Below, piece by piece: positions 11,914 to 23,526 of a DNA stretch of 64,000 bases. The stretch comes from Vitrella brassicaformis CCMP3155 (Eukaryota > Protista > Chromerida). The notes under the pieces are model-generated. The model was not told the DNA's origin. It worked only from the letters and a program-made list of their open reading frames with translations, and made no database searches. How positions within the stretch are numbered: position 1 is the first letter of the stretch; each line of letters begins with the position of its first letter. Location: NCBI GenBank assembly GCA_001179505.1, contig CDMY01000385.1, positions 372,001-436,000 on the forward strand, in the 5' to 3' direction. The translations under genes and the position numbers were made by a program.

Positions 11914-14539
11914 ATGCCCCACTCGACCCCCGCATCTCCCAGTCGCCCGTCCCACCAGGCGCCCCTCGCCCACCAGCTATCTGCCGCGTCATCGAGCATG
12001 TCGTCGTCCTCTGCAGGAGGTGGCGGCCAGCCGTCCTACCCCCCCACACACAGGGGGACGGGTGGTCCCCCAGCCAGCCTGCCCTCTCCCTCCTCGTCAA
12101 TGCCCCCGTCTGTGTCGACCGGTTCGGTCCCCCGCCGCTTGTCAGATGATCTGCCCCCTCACATGCAGTTGGCCCAAACAGTCGCCGACGCACACGCATT
12201 ATCGCAACAACACCACTACCACCAGCAGTACCCCATCGACCAAGGCGGGGCAATCGACAGCCAATCGGCCAAACAGACCGACTTCTCCATCCTGCAGGAG
12301 AGCCAACCCCCAATCCGCACCATGGGCACCACGACGACCACGATGCAGATGCACCAGTGGCAGCAGCAAATGATGGCCGCACAGCAGCAGCAGCAGCAGC
12401 ATGCGGCCGCTATTGCAGCGGCGCATCACGGCAGCACTGGCGAGATCGATGTGAGTCGTGAGGGCGACTACGGCGTCAGCGGTGCGGTTGCAGTGGCAGG
12501 AGGAGATGGCAGCGACGGTGGTGAGAGCGCGTCGATGAGGAAGCCGAATATTCTGTATAAGACGAGGTACTGCCGCTTCTGGCTGCAAGGCAAGTGCCTC
12601 TGGGGACCCAGCTGCAGATTCGCACACCACAAGGTCAGCTGAACACTGACGCCATGCGCATGAAGGCCGACAGACAGGAGGGGCTCCTGCTGACTGACGG
12701 TTTGTCTGGTTGATGTCATGTCTGTGTGTGTGTCATCCATCGCTGGCTGGGCTGCATGGCATGTAGGACGAGTTGCGCGATCGTCCGGATTTGAGGAAGA
12801 CCAAGCTGTGCCAGGACTTCATGAGAGGCATGTGCAGAGACCTCAAGTACGCCACCACATCCATCACATCACTTACAACAGACAGACAGACAGACGCACA
12901 CACGAGCCGAGCAGACCCAACAACAACAAATGACTGACTGACCTGGTTTGTGTCTGTCTGTCTGCCTGTGTGCAGTTGCAGCTACGCCCACTGCGTAGAC
13001 GAGTTACGGCCCCGCGAGGAGCCAGCCGACCTCCCCCTCTGCGCGCCGCCCCCGCCATTCGACCTCGCACTCTCTCTCGGAGCCGCCGGCACCAGGGCCC
13101 GCATGAGAAGACAACGCGCCCAAGACCCCAGGATGGCACAAGCCCCTGGGCCCATCGCCGAGATGACCACGGGTATTCGCCTCGACGGCGGCAGGAGGAG
13201 CGCCATGAAGGACTCGGCGGTGCAGACGGGCGGCGACGACAGCAGTCGGCTGGGCATCCCCCCCTCATCCCCCTCCCCCAGGGGGGGCAAGCCCAACACC
13301 CCGGCCAGCGGCTCGGGCGGCCCCACGCCCAAGACAGACACCACGGCGTCTGGCAGCGTAAGTGCGGGCCTCAGCACCACAGAGACCTCACCCACACCCC
13401 TACACAGAGCACAGTACGGCCACGGTGGCCACCCCCACCATCACCACCACGACAGGCACGGCCACGGCCGGCTGGCCGCCCCCGAAGGCACCGGGGGCAC
13501 GCACCCCGGCATGCACAACGTCGCTTCGGCGCCCAACGTGTCGACGGTTCCGCTGGCTGGCTTCGGTGACGTGTCTGACAGCCAGTCGGCGACGGGTGGG
13601 ATGGCAGTGCGGCGTGGGGTGACGGAGAGCATGGTGGGCGAGGGTCTGGAGGGTCTGGCGGGCGAGAGCGAGCTGGGGATGGGCCTGGGGTACATCAGGA
13701 TAGGGCAGGAGGAGGCCGCGGCCGCAGCAGTGCAGTCGCCACCCGTCATGGGGAGGCAATGGCAGGTAGCTATACACACACACACACACACGCAACCAGG
13801 TTCACTCTCTTCATGCACACGTGTTTCTCGTTGTGTCGGTGTGTGTGTTGAGCAGTTTATGGGAGGCTACCCGAAGGAAGGTAGCAAGATGGTCAGTGTG
13901 GGCGTGGGGCCAGACGACGGACCGCTGCTGCAGCAGCAGGTGCCCACCCGGCCATCCCCCATCCCTCCCCAGCACCCCTCGTCATCCATCTCTCCCCCTG
14001 CCGTCCGCTCACGAGTGCCCCAAGTGAGGCGCCGCTCTCAGCTCTACTCGCCCAGCCACTCGGCCAGCGGTCACTACGGCATGCGCGAGATGCCCAGCCC
14101 CAGCCCATCTGTATACGGTGGCGGTGTCAGTGCCGGCGCATCGCCGCTGATTCTCTACCCGCCGCCCAGTGAACATACGGCCGCCCCACCGGGGTACCCC
14201 ATGTACCCGCAGCACCAGCAGGCGGGCTGGACCACCCCCAATCCATACGGCTACCCTCAGGGAGACGTTCCTCCCTCGCCATACCAGACGCTGCCGTCGC
14301 CCCCACACGCCCCGCAGCCTCCTTCTCCTCACCCGGGTCGATACCAGCAGCCCCCGCCCCAGCCGTCGCCGCAGCACCAGCAGTCTGCCCACAACTTCTA
14401 CCACCACTCGCCCTACGTGCCGGGTGGCATGATGGGTATGCAGCACGGCCACCCCCACCCGACGTCGCAGCCGCCCCCACCGCCACCACCAGACATGTCT
14501 GGGGCGATGGGACCGCGCCGACACGGCGCGGGCATCTGA
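11914..14539 (+). CDS. Tandem CCCH zinc-finger RNA-binding protein (2 fingers), paralog A
   Basis: YKTRYCRFWLQGKCLWGPSCRFAH (C-x7-C-x5-C-x3-H) and RKTKLCQDFMRGMCRDLNCSYAH (C-x7-C-x4-C-x3-H) after splicing, flanked by long P/S/Q/H-rich regions. An in-frame upstream exon (about 11604-11791) exists, so the true start may lie further 5'. Confidence 0.85.
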
Positions 14540-16240
14540 CTCTCACTGCTATATCTCTCTGTGATGGATGGACGCCAGTCGGTCACAGCGGATGGATGTA
14601 CGTGTGCATACCATAAGTAAGTGTCTACACGGAGGGGAGGGGAGGGGGGGAGGGGGGGAGGTGACTGGTTGGTAGGTAGGTAGGTAGATTGGGCTTGCCT
14701 GGCTGCTGCTGATTGACTGACTGACTGACTGACTGACATGGATGGCTGGTGGGTGGGTAGAGGTAGGATCCTGCTGGCTGGGCGGGCGCTGCGTGCGTCT
14801 CTTGCTGGCTTGGCTGTTTTCCCTGAGGTTGGTTGGTTGGTTGTAAGACAATAAGGGCTGGATGTCTGGCGGCTGGGTGCGGTGGGTGGGTGGGTTTGGA
14901 CAAGAACGAGAAGATAAGACGATCGATGCTGGCTGGGTGGTATCGCATCGCAGACACGTGTCAGTGAGTCAGTCAGTCAGTCAGGTGGTGTCTTTGCCAT
15001 GCCATTCGTTGTCAGTCACTGAGATCGGCAAGCTTAGGATGGATGAGGGAGGGGCGAAGAGAGAAACACAGACAGAAAGAAAAGAAGAAAGAAAGAAAGA
15101 TCTGTGTCGGTGTCTGTGTGTCGTTATTGAGGCGATCGGGGTACGTACGGTTAGGCAGGCAGGCAGGGCGGCAGGGCGGCATTCTGCATGAAAGTGTGTA
15201 TGGATGTAAGGCATGATTGGCCCTCCCTTCCTCCCTGCGTACGTACGTAAGTCACCAAGAAGGGCACAGAAGACCTTCTCCCTTCTGGATGGACACACAC
15301 ACACACATACACATTCACACCCCTTCTCTGCTGCCTCTCTGCCTCTCTCTGTCCGTGTGTCTGGCTGGGGGGTGGGGGCTGGAGGGGACTGGAGGGGGGG
15401 CGCACCAATGCTCTCGCTCTCTCAAGGAGTACGGACCGGTTGATTGCAATGCATGTTGGCTTTTCTGTGTAAATACGCCCGTCCGCCCCGCCAATCTCTG
15501 TCTGCCTGTCTGTCTGTCTGTCTGTCTCTTTGTCGTTCCATCTCTCTATCGCCTCTGTTGTGCATGGCCTGAGTGTTGTGGGGACATCTGTGGGCGGTGG
15601 GGTGGGGTGCGCTGCCGCTGCCGATCCTCGTCTGCTTTATCGATCCACACCACAGTGAGGGGCTATCTATCTACGGGTTTGTTTGTAAGAGGGGGCTGCT
15701 CAGCTTGCACACCCACACCACAACGACCGACCGACCTGCCCACAATCGCATTGTTTTTTGCATGAAGTACTGCAAGGGGTCACATCCTTATCCTTCAAGG
15801 CTTCACGCTTCTTTGTTACGCTTCTTTGTTTATTAGCCGCTTGCGTGTAATGTGTTGCCATCCCGTCCTCAGTATATCTCGTTCTTTCTTTTTGTGTGTC
15901 TGGCTGGCTGTGTGTGTGTGTCTGTGTGTGTGTGTGTCACGCTGCGCTACAAAGGCGTCTCTTTCTTTTTGACGGGTCGGGTGGGTTGGCTGTGTCAGTC
16001 AGGAGTTGGTCTTTCTTTGGTAAATCTGTGTTGTGTTGTCTGTGGTGTTGTGGCATGTCCTGTCGTGTGTGTCGTAGGGATGGGGCAAGGGGGCGGCAGG
16101 AGGTTAGCCAGCGGCCCATTTGTCGAAAGACAGAGGTAGGTAGATAAATGGATAAATGGATGGATGGACCGACCAATCGCACGCAGACAGCAAGGGAGCG
16201 AGACAGACAGGCCATGCCGTTGGGCGGGGGGGGGGGGGGG

Positions 16241-16540
16241 NNNNNNNNNNNNNNNNNNNNNNNNNNNNNNNNNNNNNNNNNNNNNNNNNNNNNNNNNNNN
16301 NNNNNNNNNNNNNNNNNNNNNNNNNNNNNNNNNNNNNNNNNNNNNNNNNNNNNNNNNNNNNNNNNNNNNNNNNNNNNNNNNNNNNNNNNNNNNNNNNNNN
16401 NNNNNNNNNNNNNNNNNNNNNNNNNNNNNNNNNNNNNNNNNNNNNNNNNNNNNNNNNNNNNNNNNNNNNNNNNNNNNNNNNNNNNNNNNNNNNNNNNNNN
16501 NNNNNNNNNNNNNNNNNNNNNNNNNNNNNNNNNNNNNNNN
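16241..16540. other. Assembly gap (300 N) preceded by a poly-G run
   Basis: Run of N in the sequence. Confidence 0.99.
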
Positions 16541-18881
16541 CAAACACACTTGAGTGACAACTGCATTTGTGGGTCTCTCTCTCTCTCTCTCTCTACGGTC
16601 TCTCTCTCTGCGGGTCTTTGTTTGTCGTGTGGCTGTCTGTCTGTTGGGGGGATGTGTGGTGGTATGGGACGACTATGGACTGACTGTCTCCGCTGTTTAA
16701 TGGACCTTTCTCTGTGGAAGTTCTGATCACTCACGCTGGCTGTCGTTTTCTTAGTGACTCTGTCTGGTGGTCTTGGTCTATCTATCTCTGTCTCGCCTCA
16801 CTTCACTCGACGCGCTTTCCACCCCACACACACAGGCATGGCATGGCATCCACGCAGCGGCCAGCACAAGCCACCCAGCTTTCAACCAAACAACCTACCT
16901 GATGAATGAATGGATGGATGGATAGACTGGATGCCTCCCTCGACGACTGTGTGTCTGTGTCTGTGTCTGTCTGGTATATATTTAAGTGAGTGCTGCGTAC
17001 ACGTCGTCTTGTCTATCTGTCTGTCTGCCTGCTAGCTAGCGGTGTTTTTCCAACTCAAGCGGCCTGTCTGTCTGTATGTCTGTCTGTCTGTCTGTCTGTC
17101 TGCGGCTGATGCCCAGCCCACACTCAGACAGGCCGTTCCGAGCTCTACATGCTCTCCCTATTTGCAATCCCTCCCTCCCTCCCTCCCTGCCAACCTGATG
17201 ACTTGATGACCTGATGACCTGATGATTCGCTCACTCACCTGTGTGGCGAGGCTCCCCCCACAGAGACTCGCTCACTCCTCTCCGACCGACCTGCATTGCA
17301 TTGCATTCGTTATTGTCCGCTCGTTTCTGGTTGATCGATATGCCTCTGAGTAGTCAGCCTGTCTGTCTGTCTCTCTCCTTCTCTGTCATCTCGCTTGTTC
17401 GCTTGGTTGCTTGGTTGGTTGGTTGGTTGATTATCTGTCTGTCACGTGGGATGGGATGGTCGGGCTGCCCCAGACGGGCAGGCAGGCCATCGCCCTCGTT
17501 TTTGTCTCTCGCTCACTCCATCACTCACTCGCCCACTCACTCACTACACTCTCTGTTCCGCTGTCTCGGTCTTTTGTATCGACTGACTCGCTCCGTCGCG
17601 GCCGGCCCCTCCAGCCCTTTCCCGTCGCCCCACCTGCTTGCCTACCCTGCCTGCCTGCCTGCCTGGGTGCCTGTTAGCCAGCCTGCCTGCCTGCCTGCCT
17701 GCCTGCCAGTCAGCCAGCGGGTGGGTGACCGAGGGGTCTTAACGATTTCAATGTGATGAGGTGATCGCCGCCGTTTTCCTCTCGTGTGGGGCGGACACAC
17801 ACAGACAGGATGGATGGGGGATGACTGAATGGAGAAGGGATGGACGGACGGGGCACCTGCTGATGATCTCTGTCTCTCTGCCTGTCTGCGGATGGTTGGT
17901 TGGTTGGTTGGCTGGTTGGTTCGTTCAGGTTGCTGATGTGGCTGCCTGGCTGGCTGCTGAGAGAGGCCCCGTTGTCTGCCTGCATATGTGCGTGTGTGTG
18001 TGTGTGTGGGTGATGCCTCAAGACAAGACAGTTGTCGATAGGATGCCTGCATCATCATGCGTGTGTGTCTGGATGTATGGATGCATGGATGGCCCCGCTG
18101 CTTCGTACCGATAGCTGGGGAGGGGGGGCAGAGGGAGGGAGGGACAGGTGAGGTGAGGCGGGGGGAGGCGGTGTGCGTCGTGTTGTGTTGTGTTGTGTGT
18201 TTTGTGGTGTGGTGATGCGATAATGATGGCCATCCATCCATTCATCCATTGCGACTTGAGACGCCTAATTAAGCTGCTCGCCCACACATACACCCACTTC
18301 ACCTTCATTCGCTCCCGCCCGCGGCCGGCCTGCCTTGCTGCCTGGCCGGCCGGCCGGCTGGCGGACTTTCTCGTGAGTGACACCTGCCTGCCTGCCGGCC
18401 TGCCCTGATGGATGGATGGCTGGCTACATACCGCCCTTTTTGTCCGTGTGTTGGTGTGTGTACTTGCTCTCTCTCCGTAGCGATCTTGCCTGTCTGGTGC
18501 CTGCCTGCCAGGAGGGCTCGCCATACAGTCTGTCTGTCTGTCTGTTCGTCTCTTTGTCTGTCTAATCACCAGCTGTCTGTCTGTCTATCTGGCTGTTTTC
18601 AGGCTGAATTAAGGGGGCAGAGGGACGGGGAGGAAAGGCAGAGCACAGCCACCCCACCAGACAGAACAGACGCCCGCACACCACACCGCACACCGCAGAC
18701 AGGCACGACCCATCCCCATATATCCCCGTACCCACACCCACACCCACACCAACGCGGCTCTCAGGAACGGTGTAAATACTTTGGAGCAGCCGGACAGTTG
18801 CATTGCTTGCATTGTGAGCGCCTTTACGACAGACAGACAGCAGCAAGCAACCGTCGACCGACTGGGGTAGTGGTGGGTGGG

Positions 18882-19181
18882 NNNNNNNNNNNNNNNNNNN
18901 NNNNNNNNNNNNNNNNNNNNNNNNNNNNNNNNNNNNNNNNNNNNNNNNNNNNNNNNNNNNNNNNNNNNNNNNNNNNNNNNNNNNNNNNNNNNNNNNNNNN
19001 NNNNNNNNNNNNNNNNNNNNNNNNNNNNNNNNNNNNNNNNNNNNNNNNNNNNNNNNNNNNNNNNNNNNNNNNNNNNNNNNNNNNNNNNNNNNNNNNNNNN
19101 NNNNNNNNNNNNNNNNNNNNNNNNNNNNNNNNNNNNNNNNNNNNNNNNNNNNNNNNNNNNNNNNNNNNNNNNNNNNNNNNN
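18882..19181. other. Assembly gap (300 N) followed by a poly-G run
   Basis: Run of N in the sequence. Confidence 0.99.
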
Positions 19182-22100
19182 GGGGGGGGGGGGGGGGGGG
19201 GGGGGGGTGGGTCACCCTTCTTCCACCCATCCATAACACATTGGGTGCCTGTTGTGCGTGGGTGTGTTGGTGCGTCCGTGGTCTGGTGGTTGGTGTTGTG
19301 TGTGCGTGCCTGCCTTTGAACCGACTTTGTCGCTCGCTTCCTTGGCTGGGTGAGTGGAGGAGAGAGGCGGCCTCGATATATCGATGGCCATCTCGTCCAC
19401 CCAACCGCCCGCAGCCACTACACTCACTGACCTTGTCATAAGCTTACCTCACCTTGCCTTGCCCTGCCTTGGGCTCTCTCTCTCTATCATACCACACCAT
19501 ACCAGCGAGCGGCCCTCCTGATCGCTCTCTCTGCCTCTGCCTGTCGCTACGAGTGTGTGTGCGCATGTGTGTGGGGGCGTGGTGGATTTTCAGTCTTAAT
19601 ACGACGGGGGGAAGCTGACCGAGCTGTGCTGTTGTGCTGTTGTGCTGGCTGCTGTGGTGCCTTGTCTGTCTGTCTGTCTGGGGTCTTGTCTTCTGAGAGA
19701 GAATGAGAGGGCGGGTGCATGTCTGTCTGTCTGTCTGTGTGGTTGGCTGGTTGCTTGTTCACTCACTCCCCTGTTCGTTTGTGCCGTGCCGTGCCGTTGG
19801 TTGCCTTGCCGTGATCATGCTATGCTCATGCAACGAGGGGTGCAAAGTGGTCCAGCCACCGAAAGCACCATCAAACCATGCTGCTGCGATTGACTGGGGC
19901 CCTCTCTCCCTCACCCCACACACACCCACACCTTTTGTAAGATAGCCGAGTCACGTCACATACCTCTCCCACGCACAGGACACAACACACCACACCACAC
20001 GCACCCGTGCCGTGCCGTGCCGCCAGCTAGGATAGCCATCTGCCTTCTGTATGTGATTTGCTGTAAAAGGTGACTGACTTACCTACTGACCGACCGACCG
20101 GCTGGCCGTGTGCAGTGTCGATGGATGGATGGATAGATGGATGGATGAGACGTACCTAAATGCGATCGACGACGGGTGTCTGTCTGTCTGTCTGTCTCTG
20201 TTGTCATCTTCTGGCCAATATGCAAGTGAGCCGGTGGCGTCACGCGCCGCCCGCCCCACGCCGTGCTGTGCACCGAGGAGAGAGGGACAGACCAGACCAG
20301 ACCGGCCAACGGTATTTTTGTCTTCTCTCCCACTCAGCCCTCGTGTCTTTGTCTCGTCTGTGTGCGCGTCTGTCCGTCTGGCTGGAGGGGTGTCTGGGGG
20401 GTTGAGGGAGGGGGTGAGGGAGGGAGAGGGAGAGCTGCATTTGGTCTTTTCTAACTAGCTCTCTATCGCTTTCGCCTGTGTGCTTTTCCCTGCCCTGCCC
20501 TGATTGGTTTGCGAGTCCTCTCTGGGGCGAGATGGATGGCATCGAGAGATAGCGATGGATGGGACAGAGTGTTTTCAAAGCGGCCGAGCCGGTGGGGAGC
20601 GCGGCGGGCCGGTGATTGAGGGCAGGAGCAGCAGAGAGGCGTTCTTCCTTGCTTGCTTTGTTTGTCTGTTGGATGGCGTGTTGGTCGGTTCGGTTGGTTG
20701 TTTGTATTTGGTGTTTGGTTTGGTGTGGCGGGGCGGAGCTTTCTTTTTTGGAGACCGTCGCCGCCGCGCTTTACGTACCTACCGACTTCTGTTGGGTGGG
20801 GTTGAGGGAGGGGGAGAGCTGGCTGCTGAGTGAGTGGTCGATTGGTCGGTGCGAGTGTGCATCAACGGATTTTGCGTCCATACATCCATCCATACAAGCA
20901 TACATACAAGCATCCACACAGACATCCGCACCACACCCATATATCAGAGATGCATACATACGCACTTACACACTGCACAGGGATGGGTGACCGGATGGGT
21001 GGGTTGATGGACGCCAGAGCATGGCACACGAGACATGCAGGGCCGGAGGGGCATTGTGGACGTGGCGGGGCGGGGCGTGGCTGTGGTGTGTGTCGGGGTT
21101 GGTTGGCTGAGTGTGTCGCCATTTAAACACATGTTCGTTCGTGCCTCATGATCACCATTTTGTCGCATTGGTTGCATTCATTGGTTGGTTCGCTGATGGT
21201 TGGTTGGTTGATTGGTGTGCACAGGGAAGGAAGACCAGACAGACTTCCAGACACTGCAGACACGTACGTCGAAGAATCCAGTATTTTTCACCGTGCCCTC
21301 CCCCCATCCCCCCACGCCCTTCGTGGGTATAGACAGCAGACAGAGAGGAGAGAGGTATTGATTGCAGCATTGGTGGGTAACTCAGGCATGCGTCCCTTCC
21401 TTCACTGGTCTGTTCTTTTTCGCTCGATTGTTTGCACCGCACCTCACCCATGAGAAGGCTCCGCGTTGTTTGCGTCATATGGGGCTTACGAGTGGGCAGG
21501 CATGGCACACACAGCGGCATAGCACTCATCTTTTTCCCTCATCCAGTCCGAACACACCCACTCTCTCTCCCCTCCCACTTGCGCACCGATCGAAGGGCGC
21601 ACACGACCCTCTGTACGACTCGACTGTGTGTACTTGAGTGCGCGCCTTCCCTCGCGTTTTTCAACCCGTCGATTGATTGACCCTTGGGAGAGCACCTCTA
21701 TGCATCAGATTCTTGATGATTCTTCCTAATTAAGCCGACCGGGCTTGCTGCAGATGCTGTGGTGGACTGGGGGAAGGAGGGGGTGAGGGTGTCATGTCTG
21801 GGGGGCAGGGGAGGGGAGGTGCGTGTGTGGATGCATTTGCACTATTCGGTCTCCTCTTCATTCATTCTTGACTTGTCGTGTCTCCACTAACTTGGCGTGC
21901 TGATGCTGGTGGTGCTGATTGCTGCTTGTGCTGTGTCGATAAGCCATCCCTTCCTTCCTACCCCTTGCCTGATGACCTTGCCCAATTGCTTGCTTTGCTT
22001 GCTCAGTGTGCTATGCTGTGCTGTGGTGTGGTCTCGTGCTCAGTGATGATTGTGTGGTGTGAGGTACATGATGTATGTGACGTGCTGCGCCCCTAGTCGA

Positions 22101-22777
22101 ATGGATGGATGGATGGATGGGTGGCTGGCATGCGTGGTTCATGACAGGGAGAGTGACTGAGGGTTGTTAAGGGGGTGTGGGGGGTTCCATGCAGGATGTG
22201 TCCACCTACCTGCCTCGCCCTGCCTGCCTACCTGCATTTTTGAAGCTCACAGCAGCACAGCACAGCACAGCAGGTCGGCATTCGCGAGTGGTACATACCT
22301 ACCTTTTCCTGCACCTTACAATACAATCTCACACATGATGCCATATTTAGATTCTAACAACAATGACATTATGCCAGAGAAGAGAAGAGGCTAAGATGGG
22401 ATGCGTGCCCCCTTGCCGTGACACATGCACACGCACCTGCTCTCGCTGATGCTGCCTTCATCCTTCGTCCATCCACTCACTGACTCACTCATCCAGCCGT
22501 GAATCGATTTGACGACTGCTGGCCGGTCGGCCGGCCGCCACTCTGCTCGTACTCTCACTCTGACATGGCGACTGACTCTTGCAGGAGTGTGCCTGTGACC
22601 GACTGACTTGACTGGCTGACTGACGCGAGGGGATGGATGGATGGATGGTGAAGAAAGACCGATCATCATGATGTGCGATGTGCATCGTGCCAGACTGACT
22701 TCCATGTGTGTGAACATGCGTGACGCCGATTGAGCTGTAATTATATTCTTGTTATACTGACAGCACACACACGCCGT

Positions 22778-23314
22778 TCATTGTCTTCTCCGCAGCTCCC
22801 TGCCCGCAGTCCCATCAGCCACCTGTCTGCCCTCCTCGCCACCCACACTCCTGAGTGTCCTATCCCCACCACCCTCACACATGCTTGTCTTGCTGCGGCC
22901 ACGTGTGGCCCACTTGCTGTGACACAGGAGCACCACTCCCGTGAGCATCAGTCCAGCCCCTCCCCACCAGGGCAGAGGCAGCCTCTCGCCAAACACCACA
23001 CTCCCCGCACACCCGCTCAGCACAAAGCTCAAGGCGAAGTTGAGCGTCGTTGCCGAAGTCACCGTCATCTCCTTCATCGCGTCAACATATAGTTTCAGCA
23101 TCACGGCATTCGACAACAGCCCCAGGGCCAGGCACACCGCCCTCAGATGCCACACCAGAGAGGCCAGAAGAGCGTCACTGAGTAGCGGCAGGCGGCGGGA
23201 TAGATCTGCGAGTAGGCTGTCATCGCTCCAGTCGAACGCCATCTTCAGCAGGCAGGATGCTGCAGCGCCACACAGGGAGCTCTTCACTGATTTCAGAGGC
23301 AGTCGCATCCCCAT
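22778..23314 (-). CDS. TMEM42: TMEM42-like small multi-pass membrane protein (DMT superfamily)
   Basis: SSLCGAAASCLLKMAF...LRAVCLALGLLSNAVMLKLYVDAM...ATTLNFALSFVLSGCAGSVVFGERLPLPWWGGAGLMLTGVVLL: four hydrophobic helices and the family-typical 'FGE..LP..WW.G' end. The 3' end could contain one intron. Confidence 0.75.
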   Translation of the reverse strand: MGMRLPLKSVKSSLCGAAASCLLKMAFDWSDDSLLADLSRRLPLLSDALLASLVWHLRAVCLALGLLSNAVMLKLYVDAMKEMTVTSATTLNFALSFVLSGCAGSVVFGERLPLPWWGGAGLMLTGVVLLCHSKWATRGRSKTSMCEGGGDRTLRSVGGEEGRQVADGTAGRELRRRQ

Positions 23315-23526
23315 GGTGACTTTCAGAGCGATACCGAGAGATTTACCGATGGATGATAAGATGCTGGCAGCTGTGGCATCGCACCGCCTTTTCGCTTCCT
23401 GTCCACTGCCGCCCTGAAGCCGCCCCGGCATCGCTCTGCATCTCAGCGCTTGCTCAGCGCCCCTTCCTTTGCGTCCATTCCCGTCACCAAGCCGCGTCCC
23501 CGTCATCAAGCCGCTCCTTCGCCACC

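Larger units (their letters stand above)
14540..22777. repeat. About 8 kb gene-free mosaic of microsatellites (TCTG, GGAT, GCCT, GACT, GGTT, CA/TG) containing two assembly gaps
   Basis: No protein-like ORF was found; the ORFs in the track here are translations of simple repeats. Confidence 0.7.

Noticed and set aside
17194-17227. Repeated TGATGA resembling snoRNA box C
   Set aside because: It is a 9-nt tandem repeat (CCTGATGA-type, four copies) with no terminal stem or properly spaced box D.
16241-19181. Two equal 300-N blocks next to poly-G as a biological repeat or G-quadruplex element
   Set aside because: Identical lengths indicate placeholder gaps; poly-G edges are a common cause of assembly breaks.
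14540-22777. Numerous His/Thr-, Cys/Val- or Leu/Ser-rich ORFs in the ORF track
   Set aside because: They are translations of CA/TG/TCTG microsatellites, often opened at non-ATG codons or running through N gaps.
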